In this document: piece after piece, positions 55,749 to 63,827 of the stretch
Layout: each line of letters starts with the position of its first letter
Numbering within the stretch: the first letter of the stretch is position 1
From: an uncultured delta proteobacterium
GTDB lineage: Bacteria; Myxococcota_A; Polyangia; Polyangiales; Houyiibacteriaceae
Assembly: GCA_963768985.1 (NCBI GenBank)
Contig: CAVYJZ010000006.1
Location: 333,702 to 397,701, forward strand
Direction of reading: 5' to 3'
Length of the DNA: 64,000 nucleotides
Notes under the pieces: generated by a model
Databases searched by the model: none
What the model saw: only the letters and a program-made list of their open reading frames with translations
What the model was told of the DNA's origin: nothing
Translations under genes and position numbers: made by a program

Positions 55749-56417
55749 ATGCGCGACGCTTTGACTCCCACCCCAGCAGTCGACTCCGACCACCCTGCTG
55801 TCGTCTCGTTTGCCGAGGCCAACGCGGCCGGAGCACACGGCGCCCGAGAACAGGCCGTCAAGCTCTACTACGCCGTACGGGACGGCATTCGCTATGATCC
55901 ATACTCACTGCTCATGACGGTGCCCGGACTCAGAGCAAGCGCGACGCTCGAAGCCAGGCGCGCCTGGTGTGTGCCCAAGGCGGTTTTACTTGCCGCTTGC
56001 TGCAGATCGCTCGGCATCCCAGCAAGGCTCGGATTCGCAGACGTGAGAAACCATCTCTCCACAGAGCGTCTGCGCCAGGTCATGAATACCGACGTCTTTT
56101 ACTGGCATGGCTACACCTCGATCCAGCTCGGAGGCAAGTGGGTGAAAGCGACTCCCGCATTCAACGTCCAGCTATGCGAGAAGTTCCGCATCAAGCCCCT
56201 GGAATTCGATGGAATACAGGACTCGATCTACCATCCCTTCGATCTCGAAGGCCGCCGGCACATGGAATACCTCCGATTTCACGACGAGTACGACGACCTG
56301 CCGCTCGACGAGATCAGGGCGGCCTTCGTCGAGCACTACTCGGGTATGGTCCGCAAAGCTCCGACGGGCGATTTCGATCACGAGGTCGACGAAGAGACCC
56401 GCGACCTGGCGCGCTAA
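55749..56417 (+). CDS. Transglutaminase-like superfamily protein
   Basis: The ATG at 55749 gives 222 aa. RRAWCVPKAVLLAACCRSLGIPARLGF...FYWHGYTSIQLGGKWVKATP matches the TGase-core Cys/His pattern. The usual Asp position appears to be Thr. Confidence 0.75.
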   Translation: MRDALTPTPAVDSDHPAVVSFAEANAAGAHGAREQAVKLYYAVRDGIRYDPYSLLMTVPGLRASATLEARRAWCVPKAVLLAACCRSLGIPARLGFADVRNHLSTERLRQVMNTDVFYWHGYTSIQLGGKWVKATPAFNVQLCEKFRIKPLEFDGIQDSIYHPFDLEGRRHMEYLRFHDEYDDLPLDEIRAAFVEHYSGMVRKAPTGDFDHEVDEETRDLAR

Positions 56418-57346
56418 GCACTGCGCGACGAGTCGCCGAGCTCCACGCGAACGGGCACGTGCGCGTCGCCGAGGTAGACGATTGCGTCGGCCCGCGCGGG
56501 CATCTCCTCCCACATGAAGCGCGTGAGGCGCTCGAAGTGCATGACGAATCGACGTACGGCAGAGGGCGTCATGACCTCGGGACCTCCCCCCGCTGCGCGC
56601 AGCCGAGCCTCCTGCTCTTCGCGCCAAGCGTACACATGGTCGAAATCCGGCGGACGCAGCATGACGAGGAGGTCCAGCTCGGCAAACAGGGCTCGATAAC
56701 GCCCGCCCAGCTCTCGATTCACATACCAGCGCCAATCCCCGCTTGGATCTTCCAGACGCTCTAGGCCGTTGATCGGCGCGGGCAGCTCGTTCGCGGGCTG
56801 CGGCCTGGCACCCACACACCAGCCCTCGAAAATCACCACATCGCACCGACCCTCCCATCGCGGCCATTCCGCCATGGGACGGCGCTCGTCCTTCGCCTTG
56901 TCGAATCGTGGGAGCGCGACGGGCTCGCCTTCACGCAGCGCCCGAAGGACGCGTATCCCCAAATCCACATCGTGCGTCCCGGGCACGCCGCGGGTGGCGA
57001 GCAAGGGATGAACCGTCTGCGCACGCTGAAGACGCTCGGCCCCCGTTAGGTATAGATCGTCGAGCGAAACGATCGCGGCACGCATCTGGTGCATCCGCGC
57101 GAGGAGACGCTGAAGCAGCCGGGCCAAGGTCGATTTGCCGGTGCCCTGTGCGCCGTTGAGCCCGAGCACCACGGTACCCCCCTCGACGTGATCGGCGACC
57201 CACGCAGTCATGGGCAGATAGAAGTCGGCGATGACGGCGTCAGAGGGTCGCGCGATGCCCTCGCTGGCGCACCAGGCCTGGACGTCCGCGCGGACGTCGG
57301 GCAACTCGGTGCGAAGGCTGCCGCGGACAGAGACCGGCCAAAGCAT
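56414..57346 (-). CDS. P-loop kinase resembling plant/cyanobacterial-type D-glycerate 3-kinase (GLYK)
   Basis: GLNGAQGTGKSTLARLL Walker A, SLDDLYLT, LLATRGVPGTHD, VIFEGWCVG. By-eye assignment. Confidence 0.65.
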   Translation of the reverse strand: MLWPVSVRGSLRTELPDVRADVQAWCASEGIARPSDAVIADFYLPMTAWVADHVEGGTVVLGLNGAQGTGKSTLARLLQRLLARMHQMRAAIVSLDDLYLTGAERLQRAQTVHPLLATRGVPGTHDVDLGIRVLRALREGEPVALPRFDKAKDERRPMAEWPRWEGRCDVVIFEGWCVGARPQPANELPAPINGLERLEDPSGDWRWYVNRELGGRYRALFAELDLLVMLRPPDFDHVYAWREEQEARLRAAGGGPEVMTPSAVRRFVMHFERLTRFMWEEMPARADAIVYLGDAHVPVRVELGDSSRSA

Positions 57347-57404
57347 CTGCGTATCCTATCACCGACCCTGGCGCCGATGCTGTCCCTGACGTAGACCTCT
57401 CCCG

Positions 57405-57818
57405 ATGCGAGCCCCCAAGATCCGAATCCTGGTCGCGAAGCCCGGTCTCGATGGCCATGACCGCGGCGCGAAAGTGGTGGCACGCGCATTGCGGGATGCC
57501 GGATTCGAGGTCGTCTATACGGGGCTCCATCAAACACCCGAAATGATCGCGGTGGCAGCCATTCAGGAAGACGTCGACGCCGTGGGTCTGTCCATCATGT
57601 CAGGCGCGCACAACACCTTGTTTCCGGCGGTTCTCGACGCGCTGTCGGCCCGCGGTGCCGACGATATCATCGTTTTTGGCGGGGGCATCGTCCCCGAGCC
57701 CGATGTCGAATCGCTCCTCGCTCGGGGTGTCGGCGCCGTCTTCACGCCAGGCACCCCGCTAGATGGGATCGTCGATTGGATTCGCGAAAACGTGAAGCCG
57801 AGGTCCCTCCAGGCCTGA
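57405..57818 (+). CDS. Stand-alone cobalamin (B12)-binding domain protein (methylmalonyl/isobutyryl-CoA mutase small-subunit-like)
   Basis: 137 aa. [34 protein letters not shown] contains the DxHxxG B12-binding motif. GLSIMSGAH and VFGGGIVP follow. Confidence 0.88.
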   Translation: MRAPKIRILVAKPGLDGHDRGAKVVARALRDAGFEVVYTGLHQTPEMIAVAAIQEDVDAVGLSIMSGAHNTLFPAVLDALSARGADDIIVFGGGIVPEPDVESLLARGVGAVFTPGTPLDGIVDWIRENVKPRSLQA

Positions 57819-57824
57819 AGGCCA

Positions 57825-59348
57825 TCAACGCACTTGTGGCGGGAGGCCGTGTCCCGGAACCACGAGTGTCCGGCGGTACGCGTCGTAATCGAAGAGGTCG
57901 CTGTGCTGATCGTTGTGGCACCGGAGGCAGGTCGAAGCGGGCGGGTTGCGCACGACCTTGACGTCGGGGTCTTTCGCATGCGCCGCCCCGGGTCCGTGAC
58001 AGCTCTCGCAGCCTACGTTCACCAGGGCACCTTGCAAATTGTGGGTGACGGTCGAACCCCCAGGCTCACCATAGCCGGTCACGTGACAGCCTACGCAGTC
58101 GAGGTTGTACTCCTTGTTCGCCTCCTGAAGCGTGAGGTAGGCCACGCCGTGTGCATGATTGCGCCACCAGGCAAATGCTGTGTGGTGACAGGCGCTACAG
58201 GCCGCCGAACCCACGTACCCGATATCGTCCGGACCTAGGGGCGGTGGCTCGAGGTCGGCAAACGCAAGTCGATTGGCGTCGTTGACCGCTTTGTCGTGTG
58301 CGCGCATCAGTTTCTCGACCTGCTCGTCCCTAGGCGCGTTCCTGCGAAGCGGAATCCAACGAGCATCGAATGCGTTGGTATCGACTTGCGTCGCGGGCTC
58401 GTCGAGTCGCTCGCGCTCGCTGCGCAGCTCGGCCAAACGATCGCGTTGCGCGGCGAGATCCGCCTGGTCCACCTGGTCCAGCTCCTCCCAGGCCCCGATC
58501 TTCGCGGAGAGGTCGCCGATTTGCCGATCGAGCCGACCGATGTGCTCCGCCCGTGACCACTCGCTCCGGTCTACGAAGGGTTCGTTCTTTTTCACTTGAA
58601 ATACGTCGATGACAGCGAGTCCTTGGCCCTGCCGGCCCGCATGGACGACCCAAGCCTTTCCCGCCTTGCGTGGAGGAATCGCCACAGCCTCGTCGAGCCC
58701 GCCCTCAATCACGAAGTCGACACCATCGATCGCTCCGATTCGGTTCGCATCGCGTCGCGACCCCTCGACCAGCGCGATGGTCAGGTCAGTGTCCGGCTTG
58801 GCAGCCTTCACGGCAGATGCGACCGCATCCGGTCGTGCACCCGGACGCACCCCGACGACAGCCACGCGAATGCTTCCGGCTTGGGTGCGCAATACCTCCG
58901 CGTCACGGTCCATCGCCAACCAGGGGAAGCCCGACGCCTTTCGGAGCACCTGGAGAACGTCCGGTGGTTGGGCGCGATCGCTGCGGCCCGGCAAGATCGC
59001 GGTGACGTTCAAGCGACTGAGAATCTCTGCGAGTGTCTTTGCGTTGCGGTTCGCTTGGTCGACGCGTGCCGCTTCGAGAGCCGGGGCGTCGAAAAACAGG
59101 TCCCCGGCGCTCAGAAACACGACCGGCGCTGGGCCGTCGCGGAGCAAGCGGATCTGGGCGGCGAGCCGATCGATGCCGCCTAGCGGATCGCTCGTGCAGC
59201 CGCAGGGCTCGAGATAGCCCTGCAAGTCGGTCACGACCGCGATCCGGAGGCTGGGGGTATCCGGGCCGGCAGCCCCCTTCTTGGGCTCGCCACGGCTGCA
59301 CCCCAGTCCAAGGCTCAGGGCCAGCACGGTAAGGAAGATCGATCGCAT
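57825..59348 (-). CDS. Lipoprotein: metallophosphoesterase/5'-nucleotidase-like N-terminal region fused to a tetraheme c-type cytochrome domain
   Basis: The ATG at 59348 gives MRSIFLTVLALSLGLGC. The N-terminal part reads LRIAVVTDLQGYLEPCGC. The C-terminal part has four CXXCH motifs (CSACH, CVGCH, CESCH, CLRCH). Confidence 0.7.
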   Translation of the reverse strand: MRSIFLTVLALSLGLGCSRGEPKKGAAGPDTPSLRIAVVTDLQGYLEPCGCTSDPLGGIDRLAAQIRLLRDGPAPVVFLSAGDLFFDAPALEAARVDQANRNAKTLAEILSRLNVTAILPGRSDRAQPPDVLQVLRKASGFPWLAMDRDAEVLRTQAGSIRVAVVGVRPGARPDAVASAVKAAKPDTDLTIALVEGSRRDANRIGAIDGVDFVIEGGLDEAVAIPPRKAGKAWVVHAGRQGQGLAVIDVFQVKKNEPFVDRSEWSRAEHIGRLDRQIGDLSAKIGAWEELDQVDQADLAAQRDRLAELRSERERLDEPATQVDTNAFDARWIPLRRNAPRDEQVEKLMRAHDKAVNDANRLAFADLEPPPLGPDDIGYVGSAACSACHHTAFAWWRNHAHGVAYLTLQEANKEYNLDCVGCHVTGYGEPGGSTVTHNLQGALVNVGCESCHGPGAAHAKDPDVKVVRNPPASTCLRCHNDQHSDLFDYDAYRRTLVVPGHGLPPQVR

Positions 59349-59405
59349 CCCCCTCGTTCTAGCAACCAAGCGCCCCTCCGCAAAAAGCCCAGAGGTGACG
59401 GCGGC

Positions 59406-59434
59406 TTGACGCAAGGGCGGGCGCTGACTAGCTT
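59406..59434 (+). promoter_or_regulatory. Candidate promoter of the rpsP operon
   Basis: TTGACG (59406-59411), 17-nt spacer, TAGCTT (59429-59434), about 45 nt upstream of the rpsP ATG. GAGGAA RBS. Confidence 0.3.
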
Positions 59435-59479
59435 CCGGCGTCTTTCGGGTGGGCACAACCCACCGCTCACGAGGAATCC

Positions 59480-59743
59480 ATGGTCAAGGTCCGGCTGGCA
59501 CGCGCAGGCGCCAAGAAGCGTCCCTACTATCACATCGTCGTCACCGATAAAGAAAAGCCCCGCGACGGGCGCTTTATCGAGCAGATCGGCACCTACGATC
59601 CCAGCCGCCCCATCGGGGAGGCCAAAGTAGACTATCGACGCCTCGACTACTGGGTCGGTGTGGGCGCGCAGGTCAGTGACCGAGTCCGCGACGTCGTCAA
59701 AGAGCACAAAAAAGCCGCTGCCGTCGCAGCGCCGGCTTCTTAA
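59480..59743 (+). CDS. rpsP: 30S ribosomal protein S16
   Basis: MVKVRLARAGAKKRPYYHIVVTD... is the canonical S16 N-terminus. Confidence 0.97.
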   Translation: MVKVRLARAGAKKRPYYHIVVTDKEKPRDGRFIEQIGTYDPSRPIGEAKVDYRRLDYWVGVGAQVSDRVRDVVKEHKKAAAVAAPAS

Positions 59744-59755
59744 GCGAGCATCGCC

Positions 59756-60001
59756 GTGGCCGGAGACAAGCTGCAAGACTTGATCGCGTACATCGCAAGC
59801 TCCCTGGTCGACGACCCCGATGCGGTCGAGGTGAACGTCGTCGAAGAGGATCGCGCCGTCGTATTGGAGCTCAGTGTGGCTCCCGACGATCTCGGCAAAG
59901 TCATCGGCAAAGATGGCCGCACCGCCCGTGCAATGCGAACGCTGCTCGCCGCGACCTCCGCCCGGCTCCGCAAGCGGGCGATCCTCGATATCCTCGAGTA
60001 G
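59756..60001 (+). CDS. KH-domain RNA-binding protein (YlqC/UPF0109 family)
   Basis: VAPDDLGKVIGKDGRTARAMRTLL (GxxG KH motif). Conserved position between rpsP and rimM. GTG start. Confidence 0.85.
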   Translation: MAGDKLQDLIAYIASSLVDDPDAVEVNVVEEDRAVVLELSVAPDDLGKVIGKDGRTARAMRTLLAATSARLRKRAILDILE

Positions 60002-60049
60002 CCCAGCTCGCCGGCCGCGCTGTGAGGTCGGCGTGGTAGGAAGGCAAGC

Positions 60050-60589
60050 GTGACCGAAGATGCCGAAGCGCTTTGCTGGATCGAGCTCGGCGTCGTCGCA
60101 CGACCGCACGGCGTCTCAGGCGAAATTCGAGCGCACGTTTTCAACCGCGAGTCCACGCTGCTCCGGGAGCTGGGAGAGATCTTTCTCATCGGTGACGAGG
60201 ACGAGGAACCCGCATTGGTGGAGATCGTGTCCACGCGGCAGGGCCCCAAAGCCTTGCTGATGCGCTTGGCTGGCGTCGAGTCGCTCGAAGCCGCGGAAGC
60301 TCTGCGCGGCTACAGGCTTTGCGTTCCTAGGGAAGCGCTCCCGGCACTCGAAGAGGGCGAGTTCTACCACGCCGACGTCATCGGTCTCGAAGCGGTCGAC
60401 GAGTCCGGATCGATCGGTGAGGTCATCGAAGTCATCGACTATCCGAGCGCTGACTGTTTGAAGATTCAACGTGCCGATGGGTATCTCGAGGTGCCCATGC
60501 AGCCTCGGTGGCTCGATCGGGTCGACGTGAACGGCGGCAAGGTGCACCTCAAAAACCTCGATGACATTCCCTTGCAGAAGGGCCGCTGA
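60050..60589 (+). CDS. rimM: Ribosome maturation factor RimM
   Basis: [21 protein letters not shown]...[16 protein letters not shown] (PRC barrel). Operon context. Confidence 0.9.
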   Translation: MTEDAEALCWIELGVVARPHGVSGEIRAHVFNRESTLLRELGEIFLIGDEDEEPALVEIVSTRQGPKALLMRLAGVESLEAAEALRGYRLCVPREALPALEEGEFYHADVIGLEAVDESGSIGEVIEVIDYPSADCLKIQRADGYLEVPMQPRWLDRVDVNGGKVHLKNLDDIPLQKGR

Positions 60590-61320
60590 TGCGATTTGAG
60601 ATCGTCACGCTATTCCCCGAGCTCTTCGACGCCGTGGGAACCGGTCTGCTCGGCAGGGCGAGGGACGCAGGCGCGATCGACGTGCATGCAATTACACCGC
60701 GCGAGTTCGCGAGCGACCGTCACCGCACCGTGGACGACTCCCCATACGGGGGCGGCAGCGGCATGGTTCTGATGCCCGGCCCATTTGCGGACGCCCTGGA
60801 TCATCTCGACCAGGCGCGAAGGGGAAAGCCTACGCATCGGGTTTTGCTCACGCCGCAGGGCGCGCTTTTTTCCCAAAACCACGCGCGGAGATTTTCCGAG
60901 CTCGACTGTCTGACCTTGATCTGCGGCCGCTACGAAGGCTTCGACGAGCGCATTCGTGGGCTCGTCGACGAAGAGATCTCACTCGGCGACTTCGTTCTAC
61001 TGGGCGGAGAAACCGCGGCGCTCGCGATCCTCGAAGCGACGGCCCGACTATTGCCGGGGGTCCTCGGCAACACGGAGTCGGCCACGGACGAGTCGCACGC
61101 AGACGGGCTCCTCGAATATCCGCAATACACGCGGCCGGAAGACTTCCGGGGCGAGAAGGTGCCCGAGGTGCTGCGCTCGGGCAACCACGCGGCGATTGCC
61201 CGTTGGCGGCGCAAAGAGTCGCTCCGACGCACGCTGGAGCGCAGGCCCGACCTACTCGAGAAGGCCGAAATCTCCGCGGAAGATAGAGAGTTGCTGACGG
61301 AGATCCGGGAAGGGCGGTAG
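60589..61320 (+). CDS. trmD: tRNA (guanine37-N1)-methyltransferase
   Basis: [13 protein letters not shown]...[13 protein letters not shown]...[13 protein letters not shown]...[16 protein letters not shown] junction with rimM. Confidence 0.95.
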   Translation: MRFEIVTLFPELFDAVGTGLLGRARDAGAIDVHAITPREFASDRHRTVDDSPYGGGSGMVLMPGPFADALDHLDQARRGKPTHRVLLTPQGALFSQNHARRFSELDCLTLICGRYEGFDERIRGLVDEEISLGDFVLLGGETAALAILEATARLLPGVLGNTESATDESHADGLLEYPQYTRPEDFRGEKVPEVLRSGNHAAIARWRRKESLRRTLERRPDLLEKAEISAEDRELLTEIREGR

Positions 61321-61327
61321 CACGGGC

Positions 61328-61381
61328 GCTGGCACTGTCGCTGACGCTGGCGCTGTCACTGACGCTGCCGCCACCACTGTG
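61328..61381 (+). repeat. Short tandem repeat (18-nt unit, about 3 copies) in the trmD-SPOUT spacer
   Basis: GCTGGCACTGTCGCTGAC (61328-61345) and GCTGGCGCTGTCACTGAC (61346-61363) match at 16 of 18 positions. A degenerate third copy, GCTGCCGCCACCACTGTG, lies at 61364-61381. Confidence 0.6.
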
Positions 61382-61394
61382 GTAAACGCCCCCA

Positions 61395-61976
61395 GTGTCC
61401 TCCGTCTATTGCGCCCTCGTGCATCACCCCGTCCTCGACCGGCAAGGCGAAGAGATCACCACGTCGGTCACCAATCTCGATGTGCACGACATCGCGCGGA
61501 GCGCGCGGACCTACGGCCTGCGTGGATACTTCGTCATCAGTCCCATCGAGGCACAGCATCCGGTCGTGCAGCGCATCGTGGATCACTGGTGCTCCGGCGC
61601 GGGACAGCAGCGGTTTCCAGAGCGCGGAGCGGCCATTGCGCTGGTCGAGGTTTGCCGATCGATCGACGATGCGATCGCCCTAATCACGGCGAGGGAGGGG
61701 CGATCACCCCGGCTGGTCGTCACCTCAGCCAAACCCGGGCCGGGCCGCAGCTCCTACGCGGAGGAGGCCGAGCGCCTCGAGGCCGAAGCCCGCCCAACCC
61801 TCCTGCTATTTGGCACGGGACACGGGCTGAGCGATCGGGTTTTGCGGCGCGCCGATGCTTTTCTCGAGCCGATCCACGGGCCCACCGAGTTCAATCACCT
61901 TTCGGTCCGAGCGGCCGTCGCCATCACGCTCGATCGCTTGTTCGCTAGGAAAGCGTCCTCTAACAACCCGATTTGA
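61395..61976 (+). CDS. Putative SPOUT-class SAM-dependent RNA methyltransferase (Methyltrn_RNA_4 / TM1570-like)
   Basis: 193 aa. The N-terminus (VYCALVHHPVLDRQGEEITTSVTNLDVHDIARSARTYGLRGYFVISP) matches my recollection of this family, which often sits between trmD and rplS. GTG start. Confidence 0.6.
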   Translation: MSSVYCALVHHPVLDRQGEEITTSVTNLDVHDIARSARTYGLRGYFVISPIEAQHPVVQRIVDHWCSGAGQQRFPERGAAIALVEVCRSIDDAIALITAREGRSPRLVVTSAKPGPGRSSYAEEAERLEAEARPTLLLFGTGHGLSDRVLRRADAFLEPIHGPTEFNHLSVRAAVAITLDRLFARKASSNNPI

Positions 61977-62029
61977 CCCGGATTTGACCCCATGCTAACT
62001 CCGGGCTCCGATTGGTACGAGGCTTAGTG

Positions 62030-62395
62030 ATGAGTGGAAGCGTTCCTGAAATTGATGCGATCGAACGGTCGCAAATGCGTGATCTGCCCGCGTTCCGCGT
62101 GGGTGACACGATCAACGTCCACTTCCGTATTCGGGAGGGCGAGAAGGAGCGCATTCAGGTCTTCAAGGGCGTCGTGATCCGCAAGAGCAGCGGAGGTGCG
62201 GGCGCGACCTTTGCCGTTCGCAAGGTCTCCGGTGGCGTCGGCGTCGAGCGCATTTTCCCGCTGCACTCGCCACGCATCGAACAAATCGAGATCACCGCGC
62301 GCGGCCATGTTCGCCGGTCTCGGCTGTATTACCTCCGTGACCTGCGCGGCAAGAAGGCTCGCCTGCGCGAGAGCCAGCGCCACACCAACGACTAA
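62030..62395 (+). CDS. rplS: 50S ribosomal protein L19
   Basis: [44 protein letters not shown]...[12 protein letters not shown] at 62030. Confidence 0.95.
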   Translation: MSGSVPEIDAIERSQMRDLPAFRVGDTINVHFRIREGEKERIQVFKGVVIRKSSGGAGATFAVRKVSGGVGVERIFPLHSPRIEQIEITARGHVRRSRLYYLRDLRGKKARLRESQRHTND

Positions 62396-62404
62396 GGCCT
62401 GGCC

Positions 62405-62911
62405 TCAGGGCTCGCGAATCGTCAGTGTCGACTCGCGGAACCCGTTGGTCCCGGGCTCGTGGACCCATAGTCGCCGCTCGGCCACCGTTCCGTTCATGAC
62501 GCTCACGACGAGGTAGGCACAAGGCCACATCAGCTCGCCGCCGTTCGCGAAAGTCGCAGCGTCCTCATCGGAGAAGTACGCCCCCGCATCGCAGTGCGAG
62601 TGGTAGATGACTTTGACGGGCCTTCCGTCGTTCTGCCCGTGCTCGAACGTGCGCGCCGCGCGTAGCTCGTTGATCTTGAAGTACATCCTCGAGGTTCGCG
62701 GAAACGTGACTGGATCGAGCTTGTGATACTTGTCGGCCTCGTTTTCCTCGCGTTGCAGCGCGTCGAGAAGCGGAGGTTCCGCGGCGGGGCCAAAGACGAA
62801 GCCACAACTCTCACTCGGATAACACTCGACCGCGTGCCGCTCGATTTCGTCGAGGACCGTTCGCTCGATCTCCAGGTCGCCGGAGATCCACGGCAAGGAC
62901 TCACCACTCAT
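62405..62911 (-). CDS. JAB/MPN (JAMM) zinc metalloprotease, Mec+/QbsD-like
   Basis: ESCGF (Glu) followed by HSHCDAGAYFSDED fits the JAMM motif ExnHxHx7Sx2D. It overlaps the stop of the cysM-like gene. Confidence 0.85.
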   Translation of the reverse strand: MSGESLPWISGDLEIERTVLDEIERHAVECYPSESCGFVFGPAAEPPLLDALQREENEADKYHKLDPVTFPRTSRMYFKINELRAARTFEHGQNDGRPVKVIYHSHCDAGAYFSDEDAATFANGGELMWPCAYLVVSVMNGTVAERRLWVHEPGTNGFRESTLTIREP

Positions 62912-63827
62912 AGTGCTTCTCCCACTTCATCGGCGCGAAGTACCGATCACCTCGATCGCACGCAATCGCAACGACGCAACTCGCCTCAGGACGCTTGGCG
63001 ATCTCGAGCGCTCCCGCCACGTTCGCTCCGGTGGAGTGGCCGACGTGCAAGCCTTCTTCTGCTGCCAATCGGTCCGACATGTCCCAACCGGCATCGGTGC
63101 CAACGGGGAGGATCTCGTCAGGAACCTTGGGGTCGAAAATCTCCGGAACGAGGGAGCTCGCCATGTGCTTGAGCCCTTCGAGACCGTGAAGCGCCTCGGC
63201 CGGCTCGACGGCGATGCACTCGATCTTGCGCGAGTGCTCGCGCAAGCGCCGGGTCGTGCCCATGCAGGTCCCGGTCGTCCCGAGCCCCGCGACAAAGTGG
63301 GTGATTTCGTCGCCGACCTGTTCGATGATTTCGCGGCCGGTACCTAGGTAGTGCGCGCGGGGGTTGGACGGATTCGAATACTGGTCCGGATAGAAGTACC
63401 TATCGGGAGCCTCGGCAACCAACATGCGTACTTTTCGAATGGCCCCGTCGGAGCCTTCCATCGGATCGCTGTAGATGATCTCCGTACCGAACGCCTGCGC
63501 GATGTCCTTGCGCGCTTGAGAGACGTTCGATGGCATCACGAGCTTGACCCGGTACCCCATCGCTGCGCCAAACAAGCTGTACGCCACGCCGGTGTTGCCG
63601 CTGGTCGCGTCGATCAGTGCCTTGTCGTGCGTGAGCCGTCCGTCTTCGATGGCGTCGAGCATCATCTGGCGGGCAGGGCGGTCTTTGACCGAGCCACCGG
63701 GGTTGGCGTACTCGAGCTTGAGATAAATCTTCGTGCCAGGCGCATCCTTCTCGAGCGCGCGCAGGCGTACCATCGGTGTATTGCCCACCGCCTCGACGAT
63801 CGATTCCATCTTTCGGAAGCGCATCAT
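62901..63827 (-). CDS. cysM: PLP-dependent cysteine synthase, CysM-like
   Basis: 308 aa. NPGGSVKDRPA (PLP lysine) and GTTGT loop. Gene pairing with a JAMM protease as in the M. tuberculosis mec-cysO-cysM system. Confidence 0.85.
   Translation of the reverse strand: MMRFRKMESIVEAVGNTPMVRLRALEKDAPGTKIYLKLEYANPGGSVKDRPARQMMLDAIEDGRLTHDKALIDATSGNTGVAYSLFGAAMGYRVKLVMPSNVSQARKDIAQAFGTEIIYSDPMEGSDGAIRKVRMLVAEAPDRYFYPDQYSNPSNPRAHYLGTGREIIEQVGDEITHFVAGLGTTGTCMGTTRRLREHSRKIECIAVEPAEALHGLEGLKHMASSLVPEIFDPKVPDEILPVGTDAGWDMSDRLAAEEGLHVGHSTGANVAGALEIAKRPEASCVVAIACDRGDRYFAPMKWEKHYEW

Noticed and set aside
57478-57492. Exact sigma-54 promoter consensus TGGCAC-N5-TTGC (TGGCACGCGCATTGC)
   Set aside because: It lies inside the coding sequence of the B12-binding domain gene, encoding VARALR of the conserved motif. 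No gene start lies downstream at a sensible distance. It is most likely a coincidence of GC-rich codons.
61329-61385. Leu-rich micropeptide reading of the tandem repeat (LALSLTLALSLTLPPPLW-stop)
   Set aside because: There is no in-frame ATG, GTG or TTG start or RBS between the trmD stop (61318-61320) and the repeat. It is probably a by-product of the CTG-rich repeat.
61969-62029. Tandem GATTTGACCC-G-GATTTGACCC element upstream of rplS as a promoter (-35-like TTGACC twice)
   Set aside because: No acceptable -10 hexamer lies at 16-18 nt from either TTGACC, and rplS is probably co-transcribed with the upstream operon. The direct repeat is real, but its function cannot be supported from sequence alone.
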